From contig CAWKDB010000010.1 of NCBI GenBank assembly GCA_963848295.1, positions 1,792,001-1,856,000 of the forward strand: DNA of 64,000 nt, read 5' to 3'. Each line of letters opens with the position of its first letter. The stretch's first letter is position 1. Position numbers and translations under genes: made by a program. Under the pieces are notes generated by a model. The model ran no database searches. It worked only from the letters and a program-made list of their open reading frames with translations, and had not been told where the DNA came from. This DNA is from an uncultured delta proteobacterium (GTDB lineage Bacteria > Myxococcota_A > Polyangia > Haliangiales > Haliangiaceae). Shown here one piece after another: positions 41,174-53,474 of the stretch.

Positions 41174-41685
41174 GTCATCTCCTCGCGCAGTCGTTTGACC
41201 ATGTCGTGCATCCGCGACTTCACGGTGCCGACTGGAAGCTGCAAGATCGCGGCGACCTCGGCGTATGACAGACCACTCGCCCGGAGCTGATAGAGCTCGG
41301 CCAGCGTCGCCGGCAGGCGAGCGATCGCATCCTGCAAGGGAGCCGCGTCGGGCTCGCGGTCCAGCGCCGATGGCGCCATCTCGGCGAGCCGAGCCGCGGA
41401 CTCGACGGCCAGGCGCGCGCGCTGTCGCGATCGCACTCGATTCAGGCAGAGATTGCGCGCGACCTGGAACAGCCACGCTTTGAAGCTGTGCAACTCGGTG
41501 TGCGTGCGGCGCGCGTGCAGCAGCGCTAGAAACGTCTCGTGCACGACGTCCTCGGCCTCGCCGACGTCGCCGAGCTGCGCCGACACGAACCCGAGCAAGC
41601 GTCGATCGTAGCGTTCGTACAGCGCGTCGAATGCCGCGAGCTCGCCGCCGAGCAGCCGCGCGTACAGGACCTCGTCGCTCGCCAT
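41170..41685 (-). CDS. ECF RNA polymerase sigma factor
   Basis: Region 2 AEDVVHETF..FKAWLFQVARN; region 4 GLSYAEVA..L..PVGTVKSR. Confidence 0.92.
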   Translation of the reverse strand: MASDEVLYARLLGGELAAFDALYERYDRRLLGFVSAQLGDVGEAEDVVHETFLALLHARRTHTELHSFKAWLFQVARNLCLNRVRSRQRARLAVESAARLAEMAPSALDREPDAAPLQDAIARLPATLAELYQLRASGLSYAEVAAILQLPVGTVKSRMHDMVKRLREEMT

Positions 41686-41687
41686 GA

Positions 41688-42056
41688 TCAGCGCGGGCTC
41701 ATCGGTTCGACCGACGTGCGTCGCCGCAGGGCCGCGACCGTCGCGATCAGTCCTGCGATCAGCACGATGATCAGCGCGAGCACGAGGTCGTGTAGTGACT
41801 CTTCCGTGCCGAGCGCGAACACGGCGAGCTGGCGATCGGGCGGCAGCTGCGACAGGTCGTGCGCCGACTTGCAGATGCCGATCACCGTGCCGAGCACGCC
41901 GCTCGCGAGCGTCATGACGCCGAGCAGCAGGCCGAGTCGCTCGAAGTGCCGATCGCGGCGCAACACGAGCAGCGCGACCGCCGCGAGCAACGCGAAGCCA
42001 AACAGGATGGTCGGGTACATGCCGGGACCGCCCGCTGCGAAGAAATGGGACCACAT
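41688..42056 (-). CDS. Small three-TM membrane protein (MotA/TolQ-like fragments)
   Basis: GGPGMYP and GVLGTVIG; co-oriented with the ECF sigma. Confidence 0.6.
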   Translation of the reverse strand: MWSHFFAAGGPGMYPTILFGFALLAAVALLVLRRDRHFERLGLLLGVMTLASGVLGTVIGICKSAHDLSQLPPDRQLAVFALGTEESLHDLVLALIIVLIAGLIATVAALRRRTSVEPMSPR

Positions 42057-42202
42057 CGAGAGCTCCTTCGTGACCGCCCATGACGGGCTGCACCTGAGGA
42101 ACCGCTCCGAGGAAAAAGTTCGCTGCAACGTGAGCCGCGCATCGCGTGTCAGGGTTGTGTAACGGCGTGGATCGAACGCTGCCTGCGCTCGTTTGCACGG
42201 CG

Positions 42203-44878
42203 ATGACCACCGCCATGCCGACAGGCTTGCCGCGCGCGCTCGTCTTCATCGTGCTCGGGTCGTGCTCCGCGGGCCCGAAGCCCACGCCGGTCGCGCCTCC
42301 GGCCGCCGTAACTCGGCCGGTCAGCGCCGACGCCGCGACCCCTCAGCACCGGTGCCTGGCATCGGTGTGGCCGGAGTACAACCGAGACGCAGAGGACTGG
42401 CCCGAACCGGTGCCGGGCCCAGCCGACGCGGATGCAAACCCAGCCGACGTCGAGGAAGACAAACAGTACGCCGGCAAGTCGCGCGACGAGCTCGCGGCCG
42501 AAGCGAGCGCCGCGGTGCCGATCGGCGGCGTGTGCGATACCCGCCATCGCCCCGAGGTCGAGAGCGCCGTGCTCGCCGAGACCAAGCCGAGCCCCGCGCG
42601 CGCCGGTGCCGCGTGGAATCGCAGGTCGCCACCCGCGTATCGCGATGCGGTCCGCGGCGCGCTCGCCCTGACCGCCGCCGAGCAGGCCAAGCTCGCGCGG
42701 AATGGCTTCGTCGTCGCCGCTCGGCTCGGCTACGCGAACTACACCTCGGCGTTCTACGATATCCACCGCGCCCAGCTGCCGGTGTTCGTCAGCGCCGGTG
42801 CGATCCTGCACGCGGTCTACGCGTCGCACGATTTACTCGTCGCGAGCCTCGAGAAGGCGCAGCTCGTCGGGCGGCTCGACGCGGCGCTCGGCGCGATGGA
42901 GTGCGGGCTCGCCGCCGCGGCCGCCGATTATCCGCGCGATACGGTGCACGACCTCGACGTCTATCTCACCGTCGCGCGCAGCTTGCTGGTCAGCGCCGAC
43001 CAGGGCCTCGACGTCACGTCCGAGCTCGGCAACACCGACGAGGTCGAGGCGTTGGTCAAGCTCGTACGCGCCGGCGACGGCGTTCACGAGGTCGCGCTGT
43101 TCGGCCGCACGCGCAACCTCGACGCGAGCCAGTTCACGCCGCGCGGTCACTACACCGGTGAGCTCGCCGGCTACTTTCAAGCCGCGATGTGGCTGTCGCG
43201 CGTCGAGCTCAACCTGGTGTCGCGCGATTCGCGCAGCTCGCAGCCCGGGTACGTCCCCGACCCACGCGAGACCCCGCGCGAAGCGGTCGACGCGCTCGCG
43301 CTCGCGGATCTCGCGCGGCGCACCGGTGCGCTCGCCGACTTCGCGGCGCTCGATCGAGCGTGGGCCGCGCTCGCCGGCTCGCGGGTCGACGTCTCGCTCG
43401 CCGATCTCGTCGCGTTGCGCACGAAGGCCGGGATCACCGATCTGCGTCGCGCCGACACCTCGGTGCGCTTGCGCGATGCGATCGGCGATGGCTGGAAGCG
43501 CACGATCAACACGAGCCCGATGCCTGACGTCGCGAACCTACCGGTGATCGCGACGCCGATCGGTGCGCGGTTCACCGCCGACAACGGCGCGCTCGACGCG
43601 CTGATCACGCGGCGCGGCGACGTCCACGATGGCGTCGAGATCGGCTACGCGCTCGGTCACGACCGCGCGAAGGCGTATACCGATCCGCACATCGCGCGCG
43701 AGCTGGCCACGGCGCGTGACTCGTTGAGCCACGTGCCGGTCGGACCGGATCTTTATTCCAGCTGGCTCGCGGCGATCCGCACGCTCGCGATCAAGCCGGC
43801 CGGCGCGCTGCCGTCGTTCATGGATGGCTCGGCGTTCGCCGACCTCCGGCTCGACACCGCGCTCGTCGCATACGGCCAGCTCCGCCACGATCACGTGTTA
43901 ATCGAGGCGCAGGTCTATGACGTCGGCGGCTGCGAGATCCCCGACGGCTATGTCGAACCCGTGCCGGCGACGTATCGCGCGATCGCAGACCTCGCGGCGA
44001 AGGGTGCCGCCACGTTCGCCTCGCTCGATCCGAAGGATGCGAGCGGTGGCGTGAAGTACTTCGAGCGCCTCGAGCACCTCATGCAGGTGCTGGAGACCAT
44101 CTCGAATGACGAGCTCGCGAACCGGCCGCTGTCCGCGGATGAGAAGCGGTTCCTCGCGATGGTGGTCGAGGAGCGCGACGCCGATGCCTGGGACTACAAC
44201 CACCACTTTGCGGTCCCGACCTACGATGGCTGGTACATCGATCTGTTCCCGACGATCGAGGTCTCGACGCAGAGCGCGGCGTTCATGGCCGACTACGCGA
44301 CGGTCGATCGCAACGACCACCAGCTGATCCACTACCTCGGCGCGAAAGGGCCCGAGCTCGGCGTGTTCGTCGTCGACACCGGCGGCGGCCCGCGCATGAT
44401 GGTCGGCCCGGTGCCGCACGGGTTCGTCGCGACCGGTCCGTTGACGCATCGCTACACCGATGCCGACGCGACCACGGTCGCCGGCCGCGATCCCTGGGCC
44501 GCGAGCTACACCGTCGCCGCGCCGCGCGAGCCCGCGTTCGCCGCGACGTTGCAGCCGGAGACCGAGCACCGGGTGACGACGCGACGGCCCGTGCGCAGGG
44601 ACGGGCCGCCCGCCGTGCTCGTCCTCGACGCGACCGGCGACCTCGGCGACGCGACGGTCGAGCTCTACGATCACCACTTCGTCACCGCCGCCACGGTTCA
44701 CGTTCACGCCGGCGCCGGCGATACTACGATCGCGCTGCCGAAGCTCGCGACTCGGATCGAAGGCGCGCGAATCCGGATCGGCGACTTCGTCGGCCGGGTC
44801 GACGCGGATCGCTCCGGCAACGGCGACGCGAGGTTCGGCGGCTTCACGCCACGTGCGACCGCACCGCCGCAGCAATAG
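42203..44878 (+). CDS. DUF3160-domain lipoprotein
   Basis: Lipobox LGSC; NGFVV, LPVFVS..ILH, FTPRGHYT, YFQAAMWL, LRHD.VL and GYVEP. Confidence 0.75.
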   Translation: MTTAMPTGLPRALVFIVLGSCSAGPKPTPVAPPAAVTRPVSADAATPQHRCLASVWPEYNRDAEDWPEPVPGPADADANPADVEEDKQYAGKSRDELAAEASAAVPIGGVCDTRHRPEVESAVLAETKPSPARAGAAWNRRSPPAYRDAVRGALALTAAEQAKLARNGFVVAARLGYANYTSAFYDIHRAQLPVFVSAGAILHAVYASHDLLVASLEKAQLVGRLDAALGAMECGLAAAAADYPRDTVHDLDVYLTVARSLLVSADQGLDVTSELGNTDEVEALVKLVRAGDGVHEVALFGRTRNLDASQFTPRGHYTGELAGYFQAAMWLSRVELNLVSRDSRSSQPGYVPDPRETPREAVDALALADLARRTGALADFAALDRAWAALAGSRVDVSLADLVALRTKAGITDLRRADTSVRLRDAIGDGWKRTINTSPMPDVANLPVIATPIGARFTADNGALDALITRRGDVHDGVEIGYALGHDRAKAYTDPHIARELATARDSLSHVPVGPDLYSSWLAAIRTLAIKPAGALPSFMDGSAFADLRLDTALVAYGQLRHDHVLIEAQVYDVGGCEIPDGYVEPVPATYRAIADLAAKGAATFASLDPKDASGGVKYFERLEHLMQVLETISNDELANRPLSADEKRFLAMVVEERDADAWDYNHHFAVPTYDGWYIDLFPTIEVSTQSAAFMADYATVDRNDHQLIHYLGAKGPELGVFVVDTGGGPRMMVGPVPHGFVATGPLTHRYTDADATTVAGRDPWAASYTVAAPREPAFAATLQPETEHRVTTRRPVRRDGPPAVLVLDATGDLGDATVELYDHHFVTAATVHVHAGAGDTTIALPKLATRIEGARIRIGDFVGRVDADRSGNGDARFGGFTPRATAPPQQ

Positions 44879-45728
44879 CATCGGCGACGCAGATCTGGTT
44901 CGACGCGTGCGCGATCGTGTTGCACGTGACGATGCCCGCGGCACCCGCAGCGGCGAGCTCCGCTTGCAGCGCGTCGGCGAACACCGCGTGGATCGCGACG
45001 CACATCGGCGGTGCGCCGCCGGCGGCGACGACCTGGCGCGTCGCCTCGATCATCGTCTTGCCGGTCGACACGATGTCGTCGATCACGACCGGCGTGTGAC
45101 CGTTCCACGCGCCCGATGGTGGCGTGATCGAGACATCGCGATCGCCGCGCCGGGTCTTCTCGAGGATCACGTACGGCGCGCCACAAGCCGCCGCGACCGC
45201 CGAGACCCACTGCGCGCTCTCGGCGTCGGGTCCGATCAACACCGGCGACCGCACCGACGATTCGATCCACGATGCGATCGCCGAGGCCGCATGGGCGACC
45301 GCGGTGGGAATCGTGTACAGCTCGGCGAGCGACGCGTGGCGGTGCAGGTGCGGATCGACCGTGACGAGCCAATCGACCGCACGCGAGACGAGCTTCGCGA
45401 AGTATCCCGACGTCACGCCTTCGCCCGGCTTGAACCGATGGTCCTGGCGCATGAACGCCAGGTACGGAGCGACTAACCCGACGCGACGCGCACCGAGCTC
45501 GCGCGCGGTCTCGGCGATGAAAGCGACGCGCATGAACTGCTCCGCCGGCCGCGGATACAGGCTCGCGACGATCGCGACCGATTCGCTCGAGAGATCGTCA
45601 TCGATCCGGACGTAGATCTCGCCGTCGGGAAACTCGCGCAGCTCCGGTCGCACGAGCCGCGCCCCCACTCGCGTCGCGAGCTTGTCGGCATGGTCTTCGC
45701 TGCCCGGCAGCGCGACGACGATCGTCAC
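44844..45728 (-). CDS. prs: Ribose-phosphate pyrophosphokinase
   Basis: FPDGE, PYLAFMRQD, VDPHLH, GPDAES and IDDIVSTGKT. Confidence 0.9.
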   Translation of the reverse strand: MTIVVALPGSEDHADKLATRVGARLVRPELREFPDGEIYVRIDDDLSSESVAIVASLYPRPAEQFMRVAFIAETARELGARRVGLVAPYLAFMRQDHRFKPGEGVTSGYFAKLVSRAVDWLVTVDPHLHRHASLAELYTIPTAVAHAASAIASWIESSVRSPVLIGPDAESAQWVSAVAAACGAPYVILEKTRRGDRDVSITPPSGAWNGHTPVVIDDIVSTGKTMIEATRQVVAAGGAPPMCVAIHAVFADALQAELAAAGAAGIVTCNTIAHASNQICVADAIAAAVRSHVA

Positions 45729-45740
45729 GCTCTCAAGCTA

Positions 45741-46739
45741 TCAGATCGCTTTGAGCGGCGTGAGATGCAGCAACACCGGAATCACCTTGCCGCTCGTCAC
45801 GATCGCCATGTGCTCGTACTGCGACCGCACGTACAGCAGCCTGGCGCCGCGCTCGCGCTTCGTAAAGCCGCTCGCGGTCGCCGGCATGCCCTCGCGTGCG
45901 ACCGCGAACTTGTACTTCTTCGCGAACCCCGCCGACTCCTGCGCGGTGCTCGCACCGACGACGATCAGCTTGTGCTCGTCGGCGTGCTTGCCGGATCCGA
46001 TGTACTCGTCGAACGCGGACTCGCCGGCGTACATCGCATCGAGCAAGATGATCTGCTCGACGAGCCGGTGGTCGACCCATTGCATCACGGTGCGGAACGC
46101 GCCGGAGTGGCCCATCACGATCGTCGGCCCGTCGGGGATTTTCAAATTAGCGCGAGCGACCGCGTGGCGTAGCTCTTTGAGCGCGGGCCAGTTGACGCTG
46201 TCGTCGTTGCCCGCGGGTGCGTCGGGCACGATGAACATCGCGTTCTGATGGCTGGCGCGAAACTGCTTCGCGAGCTGGTGATCGCGCCACGCGCCATCGG
46301 CGTCGGTGTAGTAACCGTGGACGTAGATCACGGTGCCGGCGGTATCGCGATCGTAACCGTCCGGGATCCACACGTGGACCGCGCCCTCGGACGTCTTGAT
46401 CCGCCAGTGCGTGCCGCCCGCGACCGTGTCTTCGCGCTTGGCGAGCCTCGACTCGCCATCGTCTTTCGGCGCGCGATGTTCGACGTGCGTGCGCGGCGAC
46501 TGCGTGGTCATCCGAGCCGCTTTGCCCGGCGGCGCGACCGGCGCCGGTGCGGGATCGTCGGCAGCGGGCGGGGCGTTCTCGCCCGGCGTGCCCGGCGCGT
46601 CATCCGCGGTCGACACCGACGTCTTGGGAGGAGGCGACGGCGGCGCCGAATCGTCGCTGGTCGCCGGGGTCGCGGCCGGTTGGTCGGCGAACGCGGGGGC
46701 AGAGACGAGCAGCGCGACGAGGACCGCGAGTGATTTCAT
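45741..46739 (-). CDS. Exported alpha/beta-hydrolase-like protein with Pro/Ala linker
   Basis: Signal peptide, IYVHGY, GHSGA, LLDAMY and a C-terminal His. Confidence 0.65.
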   Translation of the reverse strand: MKSLAVLVALLVSAPAFADQPAATPATSDDSAPPSPPPKTSVSTADDAPGTPGENAPPAADDPAPAPVAPPGKAARMTTQSPRTHVEHRAPKDDGESRLAKREDTVAGGTHWRIKTSEGAVHVWIPDGYDRDTAGTVIYVHGYYTDADGAWRDHQLAKQFRASHQNAMFIVPDAPAGNDDSVNWPALKELRHAVARANLKIPDGPTIVMGHSGAFRTVMQWVDHRLVEQIILLDAMYAGESAFDEYIGSGKHADEHKLIVVGASTAQESAGFAKKYKFAVAREGMPATASGFTKRERGARLLYVRSQYEHMAIVTSGKVIPVLLHLTPLKAI

Positions 46740-47914
46740 TTCGGATCCTTTGGCGCCGTGATCATCAGGTGCACGGCTTTCTCGGAGTCTGGGTAGCCGA
46801 AGCGGAACATCAGCTTGCGGTGCGGCTGGGACGCCCACAGCTTGACCATCTCGTCGCTGACATCCTTGTTCGCCTCGTCGAGGAACGCGCCCGCGAACGA
46901 GCCGAACGTGGTCTGCTTGAAGCCGGCCTTCCTCGCCGAGTGCGGCGCGATGCCGGTCGAGTCCGATGCCATCCACGTCATGTTCGCCAACAAATAATCG
47001 CGGATTCCGGAGAACCCCGAGTCCCAGATCAGATAGCTCGCGGCCTTCGTGATCGCCGCGACCTTGCCCTTGGCGAGCAAGTACTTCTCGAGGCCCGAGC
47101 CCTTGAACGCCTTGTCGGCGAGGTTCCACGCGATGTGGCGATGCGTGACGAGCGGCGCGGTGGGGTCGCCGGCCTTGCGGAACGTCAGCTCCATGTTCGT
47201 GAACGCCGTCGAAAAGTCGGTGTCGACCCAGCCCGACTTGATCTTGCGCGCCTTCTTCGGGGCGAGCTCGTCGATCTCGGCCTGCGTGAAGTAATGCAGC
47301 GTGCCGTCGTCGTTGACCGAGAAGAACTTCAGCGACACCGGTTCGAAGCCGAGCGCGGTCATGCCGGTGATGTGAAACGACAGCTGCCCGGGGATGCCGC
47401 CGCGTTCGAGCTTGCGCATGTTCTCGGTCGTCGAGTCGTTGAGCGCGAGCAGGCCATCGATCCGCTCGCGATACTCGGCGAGCGCCGAGCGGAGCCCGTT
47501 CTTGTCGAGGGTCGCGAGTCGCGTGGGGTCGCCCGCGTGCTCGAGCGAGATCGTCGTGATGTCGCGCGCGTCGGGGAACGTGACGAGCGCCGAGCCCAGG
47601 TCGCCGCCGCCGAACGGATAGACGATCGTCGTCGGAACGTTCGCGGGCCGCACGGTCGCGAAGAACGCCCGCGCCGGCGTCACGTACTTATCGGTGAAGT
47701 GCTGGTAGCGCTTCGCCATCTCCGCGCAGTGCTTGTCGACGAGCGCGGCATCGACGTTCGCCGGCAACGCGTCGCTGCCCCCGCACGCGACGATGCGATA
47801 GAACAGCTTCGCGTCGCTGATAAAGTCGCGTGGTTCGTCGGCGCGCGCGCTGCTCGCGGTCGAGAGCGCGATCACGGCGGCGAGCGAGGCGAGCATGCGA
47901 CTACGATTAGACAT
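46736..47914 (-). CDS. Exported hypothetical protein
   Basis: Signal peptide; conserved-looking YPFGGGDL, KAASYL and FRFGYP; strong codon bias. Confidence 0.7.
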   Translation of the reverse strand: MSNRSRMLASLAAVIALSTASSARADEPRDFISDAKLFYRIVACGGSDALPANVDAALVDKHCAEMAKRYQHFTDKYVTPARAFFATVRPANVPTTIVYPFGGGDLGSALVTFPDARDITTISLEHAGDPTRLATLDKNGLRSALAEYRERIDGLLALNDSTTENMRKLERGGIPGQLSFHITGMTALGFEPVSLKFFSVNDDGTLHYFTQAEIDELAPKKARKIKSGWVDTDFSTAFTNMELTFRKAGDPTAPLVTHRHIAWNLADKAFKGSGLEKYLLAKGKVAAITKAASYLIWDSGFSGIRDYLLANMTWMASDSTGIAPHSARKAGFKQTTFGSFAGAFLDEANKDVSDEMVKLWASQPHRKLMFRFGYPDSEKAVHLMITAPKDPK

Positions 47915-47938
47915 ACGGCGGCTCGCTCCCCTGCGCCA

Positions 47939-48505
47939 TTAATTGACGTCGTGGCGCGGGTCGCGAGTGTCGCGGGCGCTACGGACGCCGGGCTTCGGTC
48001 CGACGAGGCTGTGCAAGATGGCCTTGGCGACCTGTTCGCCGGATTCGTCGCGCAGGGTGACCGGGACATCGAGCGTGGCCCGCGCCGAGGTCCGCGGCAC
48101 CGGGGGCTCGCCGATCGCGATGATCTTGCCGCGCGCCTTCTTCGTGTACTCGATCTCCATCCCGCTGACGATGAACCGAGCGTCGTCGGGCAACGAGTAG
48201 AACAACGCGACGTTGCCCGCGAGCTCGGCGAGGTTCGCGAGCGCGATCGCGTGGACGCAGTCGAGGTGATTGCGCACCGACCGGCGGTCGGCCATGTGGA
48301 CCTCGGAGTAGCCCGGCCGCAGCACGGCGACTTGAGCGTGGATCGTGCCGGTGTACGGCGCCATCCGGCCGACGATCGCGGAGAACAGCGCCTTGCCACC
48401 GGGCACGCCGCGCAACAGGTTCCATGCGTCGCGGATCAGGTTGCGCCCGCCGCGCCCGGACGGGATCAGCTTGGCGAGCGGCCCTAGGCGGTCGGCAAAC
48501 GGCAT
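47939..48505 (-). CDS. Hotdog-fold thioesterase (PaaI/DUF4442-like)
   Basis: APYTGTI, NHLDCVHAIAL and IEYTKKARG. Confidence 0.8.
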   Translation of the reverse strand: MPFADRLGPLAKLIPSGRGGRNLIRDAWNLLRGVPGGKALFSAIVGRMAPYTGTIHAQVAVLRPGYSEVHMADRRSVRNHLDCVHAIALANLAELAGNVALFYSLPDDARFIVSGMEIEYTKKARGKIIAIGEPPVPRTSARATLDVPVTLRDESGEQVAKAILHSLVGPKPGVRSARDTRDPRHDVN

Positions 48506-48601
48506 CGCCGGACCATACCGGAAAGCCCCATCGATCCGGACCGTTTTCATGCGTTCCGCGCAGCCCCATGCATACTCGGTAAGGGTAGGATGATCGGGCT
48601 C

Positions 48602-49240
48602 ATGTCGACCACGACTCGCCTCGCGTGCCTGCTCGTCGCGCTCTCGCTGGGAGCGTGCGGGCCCGCGAGCACCCACGAGCTCACGCTCGCCGAAGTCATC
48701 GCCTCCGATCCGCTCCCACTCGCGAAGGGTGCGAAGTGGACGTACGAAGTCACGGTCAAGCGCTTCGACCCCGACGCTAACAAAGAGCTCACCAAGACCC
48801 TGTCGTGGACAACCGAGGTCGTCGACGCGCGCGAAGCCAACGGCGTGACCGCGTATCGCGTCCGCGGTTGGCCGAGCGATCTCGCGTCACTGGAGTCGGG
48901 CGACGCGCTGCCGACCCCGAGCGAGAAGACCGTGCTGCGATCGGGCAACAGCTTCTTGTTCGGCGCGACTGCGGATCCGACGCTCGACGGCTCGGAAGGT
49001 TGGTTCACGTGGCCGCTGATGGACGGACAGAAGATCTGCCCGCGCGCCGACATGGTGTACTGCTGGCAGGTAACCGCCGCCGACAAGGGCGGTGACTATG
49101 CGCTGTCGTTCTTCACCGGGCCTGACGAGCAGACCTTCGAGCTCCAACCGAACACCGGGATCGCGCGTTATCACTACGCGCACCACGGCACGACCAACGA
49201 GGTCGAGGCCAAGCTCGTGACGTACACCAAGGGCAAGTAG
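48602..49240 (+). CDS. Lipoprotein, unknown function
   Basis: Lipobox LGAC; PLAKGAKWTY. Confidence 0.7.
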   Translation: MSTTTRLACLLVALSLGACGPASTHELTLAEVIASDPLPLAKGAKWTYEVTVKRFDPDANKELTKTLSWTTEVVDAREANGVTAYRVRGWPSDLASLESGDALPTPSEKTVLRSGNSFLFGATADPTLDGSEGWFTWPLMDGQKICPRADMVYCWQVTAADKGGDYALSFFTGPDEQTFELQPNTGIARYHYAHHGTTNEVEAKLVTYTKGK

Positions 49241-49250
49241 CCCGCGCCCG

Positions 49251-49853
49251 CTAGTCAGGGATCGGCTCGCCGCGCACGGCGCGCAGCGGGACGATGCCCG
49301 ACCAGTGCGGTAGCAGCGCGTCTTCCGGCGTGTCCGCGATCGGCGGACCGCTACGGACCTTCGCAGACGCTTCCGCGATCGGAAATGCGATGACCAGCGT
49401 CGCCGACAGCTCGGTCGGATTCGGTAACCGACACGCTGCCGAGCGGCCGGGCTCGAGCTTCTCGATCAGCGCGGCGAGCACGCGCGCTTTCATGGGATGC
49501 GCCTCGACGGTCGCGCCGCGGCCGAACAGGACCACCGAGCGGTAGTTCATCGAGTGATGAAATGCGGTGCGCGCGAGCACGAGCGCGTCGACGAGCGTGA
49601 CCGCGACGCACGCTTCGACGTTCGCGCCGACCGCGCGCAGCAGGTGATTCGCGGGCGAGCCGTGGATGTAGATCTGATCGTCGACCCGGACGAACGTCGT
49701 CGGCAGCACGACCGGGCCATGCTCGGACCCGAACGCGACGTGGCAGACCAGAGCCTCATCGAGGATCGCGTAGACGAGGGCGCGATCGTACGAACCGCGT
49801 GCCGGCTTGCGACGAACGCGCGTGCGATCGGTAACGGAGAGTGATTCGGACAT
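49251..49853 (-). CDS. Pyridoxamine 5'-phosphate oxidase-family flavin-binding protein
   Basis: ILDEALVCHV, YIHGS, HSMNYRSVV and SAKVRSG. Confidence 0.88.
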   Translation of the reverse strand: MSESLSVTDRTRVRRKPARGSYDRALVYAILDEALVCHVAFGSEHGPVVLPTTFVRVDDQIYIHGSPANHLLRAVGANVEACVAVTLVDALVLARTAFHHSMNYRSVVLFGRGATVEAHPMKARVLAALIEKLEPGRSAACRLPNPTELSATLVIAFPIAEASAKVRSGPPIADTPEDALLPHWSGIVPLRAVRGEPIPD

Positions 49854-49875
49854 GCGCTCACGCTAGCGATTGCTC

Positions 49876-49918
49876 GGACTATCTCATAGGTCCATAATAG
49901 GTATTCTATGTGGTCCAT
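49876..49918. promoter_or_regulatory. Probable MocR operator
   Basis: GGTCCAT direct repeats (49889, 49912) plus inverted GGAC (49876) in the AT-rich divergent gap. Confidence 0.5.
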
Positions 49919-51353
49919 CGAGGACGCGCTGCCACGGCGCCGCCGGGGCGTCGGCGGCGAGGCGATGTACGCGCGGATCGCGCTCGCGATCGTCGGCGAT
50001 ATCAAGCGCGGCTCGTTGCGGCCCGGCGATCGGCTGCCGAGCACGCGCGATGTCGCCCGCCGGTTCTCGGTCAATCGCAACACGATCGTCGCCGCGTACG
50101 ACGAGCTCGTCGCGCAAGGCTGGGTCGCATCGCGCGGCCAAGCCGGATCGTACGTCGCCGACACGCTGCCCGATCCGAGGCCGCAGCGCAGTCCGACCGC
50201 GGGCATGGTGGCGCGCCCGAGCTTTGCGTTCCGAGCGATCGCGCCATCGCGCACCGTGCTCGATGCCACCGGCATTCGCTATCACTTGTCGGCCGGCGTG
50301 CCCGACACCCGAATCCTACCGACCGCCGCGCTCGCGCGTGCCTATCGCCGCGTGTTGCGGTCGCGCGGTGCCGGGTCCGCGCTCGACTACGGGGATTCGC
50401 GCGGCATGGTGCGGTTGCGCACGGCGCTCGCGGCGATGGTCCGCGAAGATCGCGCGATTCCCGCCGGCGCCGAGAACATCCTCGTCACGAACGGCAGCCA
50501 GAACGCACTCGATCTCGTCGCGCGGTTGCTCGTCAAGCCGGGCGCGATCGCGGCGGTCGAACGGCTCGGCTACCGCCCGGCGTGGCGCGCGTTCGAAGAA
50601 GCGGGCGCGACGCTCGCGCCGATCGCGCTCGACCGTGAAGGCTTGATCGTCGACTCGATCCCGGCGCGCACGACCTGCCTCTATGCGACGCCACATCATC
50701 AGTACCCGACGACCGTCTTGCTCTCCGCGGTGCGCCGGCTCGCGCTGCTCGCGCGCGCACGCGCCGACGGGCTCGCGATCATCGAAGACGACTACGATCA
50801 CGAATTTCACTTCGTCGGCCGCCCGGTCGCACCGCTCGCCGCGATGGACCAGGGCCGCAACGTCATCTACATCGGCACGCTGTCGAAGATCCTCGCGCCC
50901 GGCTTGCGCTTGGGGTTCATCGTCGCATCGGAGCGCGTGATCGACGAGCTCGCGCGGCTGCGCACCGTCGCAGATCGCCACGGCAATCACGTGACCGAGC
51001 TCGCGATCGCCGAGCTGATCGAAGACGGCGAGCTCCAACGTCACGCGCGCAAGATGCGGCGGATCTACGGCGCTCGGCGCGATGTGCTCCTCGCCGCGCT
51101 CGATCGCGAGCTCGGGGGCGCGGTCGAGTGCGAGCCGCCACCGGGTGGGCTGTCGCTGTGGGTGCGCGTCGCAGACGACATCGCCGTCGACGCGTGGTGC
51201 CGACGCGCGGCGGCTCGTGGTGTGCACGTCACACCGGCGCGCGAGCTCGACCTCGAAGCCAAGTCACATCCGTTCATCCGGCTGACCTACGGTGCCTACG
51301 ACGAACCCGAGCTCGTCGACGCCGTGCGCCGCATGCGCGCCGCGCTCACCTGA
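49908..51353 (+). CDS. MocR-family (GntR-aminotransferase) regulator
   Basis: [21 protein letters not shown] and [13 protein letters not shown] (PLP Lys). Confidence 0.92.
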   Translation: MWSIEDALPRRRRGVGGEAMYARIALAIVGDIKRGSLRPGDRLPSTRDVARRFSVNRNTIVAAYDELVAQGWVASRGQAGSYVADTLPDPRPQRSPTAGMVARPSFAFRAIAPSRTVLDATGIRYHLSAGVPDTRILPTAALARAYRRVLRSRGAGSALDYGDSRGMVRLRTALAAMVREDRAIPAGAENILVTNGSQNALDLVARLLVKPGAIAAVERLGYRPAWRAFEEAGATLAPIALDREGLIVDSIPARTTCLYATPHHQYPTTVLLSAVRRLALLARARADGLAIIEDDYDHEFHFVGRPVAPLAAMDQGRNVIYIGTLSKILAPGLRLGFIVASERVIDELARLRTVADRHGNHVTELAIAELIEDGELQRHARKMRRIYGARRDVLLAALDRELGGAVECEPPPGGLSLWVRVADDIAVDAWCRRAAARGVHVTPARELDLEAKSHPFIRLTYGAYDEPELVDAVRRMRAALT

Positions 51354-51425
51354 CCGAACTGGCAGGCTGGATCTGCCTCTCCAGCGCGTTGCACGGTTCG
51401 CGTTGCGCTCGTAGAGTCGATAGCA

Positions 51426-52058
51426 ATGAAGCCCGCCGAGATGAGCTATCTGATCCCGACCGTGATCGAGCAAACCCACCGCGGCGAGCGCGGCTGGGAC
51501 ATCTTCTCGCGCCTGCTCAAGGACCGCATCGTGTTCCTCGGCACGCAGATCGACGACACGGTCGCGAACGTGATCATCGCGCAGCTGTTGTTCCTCGACT
51601 CCGAAGAGCCCGAGAAGGACATCATGCTGTACATCAACTCGCCCGGCGGCATCGTGTCGTCGGGGTTGGCGATCTACGATACGATGCAATACCTGCACTG
51701 CGACGTCGCGACGATCTGCATCGGCCAAGCCGCATCGATGGGTAGCTTCCTGCTCGCCGCCGGCACGAAGGGCAAGCGCTACGCCCTGCCCCACGCGCGG
51801 GTCATGATCCACCAGCCGCTCGCCGGGTTTCAGGGCCAAGCGACCGACATCGAGATCCACGCCCGCGAGATCTTGCAGACCCGCGAGACGCTCAACCAGA
51901 TCTACGCGAAGCACACCGGGCAATCGATGGAGAAGATCAAGCACGACACCGAGCGCGACAACTTCATGTCGGCGGCGAGCGCAAAAGAGTACGGCCTGAT
52001 CGACGAGGTCTTGATCACGGCGAAGAAGAAGCCCGACGACAAGTCCGAGAAGAAGTAG
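51426..52058 (+). CDS. clpP: ATP-dependent Clp protease proteolytic subunit
   Basis: [18 protein letters not shown]; triad GQAASMG / MIHQP / ERDNF. Confidence 0.97.
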   Translation: MKPAEMSYLIPTVIEQTHRGERGWDIFSRLLKDRIVFLGTQIDDTVANVIIAQLLFLDSEEPEKDIMLYINSPGGIVSSGLAIYDTMQYLHCDVATICIGQAASMGSFLLAAGTKGKRYALPHARVMIHQPLAGFQGQATDIEIHAREILQTRETLNQIYAKHTGQSMEKIKHDTERDNFMSAASAKEYGLIDEVLITAKKKPDDKSEKK

Positions 52059-52103
52059 CGTCACTCCCCCGGCGAGCGGATCTGCGCTAGGCTTTGGGCA
52101 GTA

Positions 52104-53366
<1,263 letters not shown>

Positions 53367-53474
53367 GGCCGATCGATCGATCGGAGTCCGCAAGGCCCTC
53401 CGGTACGGAGGCGTGACTTGGGTCACGATCGCCGCGGTTGTCGGCGCACGGTCGCTCGGGCTAGGCTAGACGCC

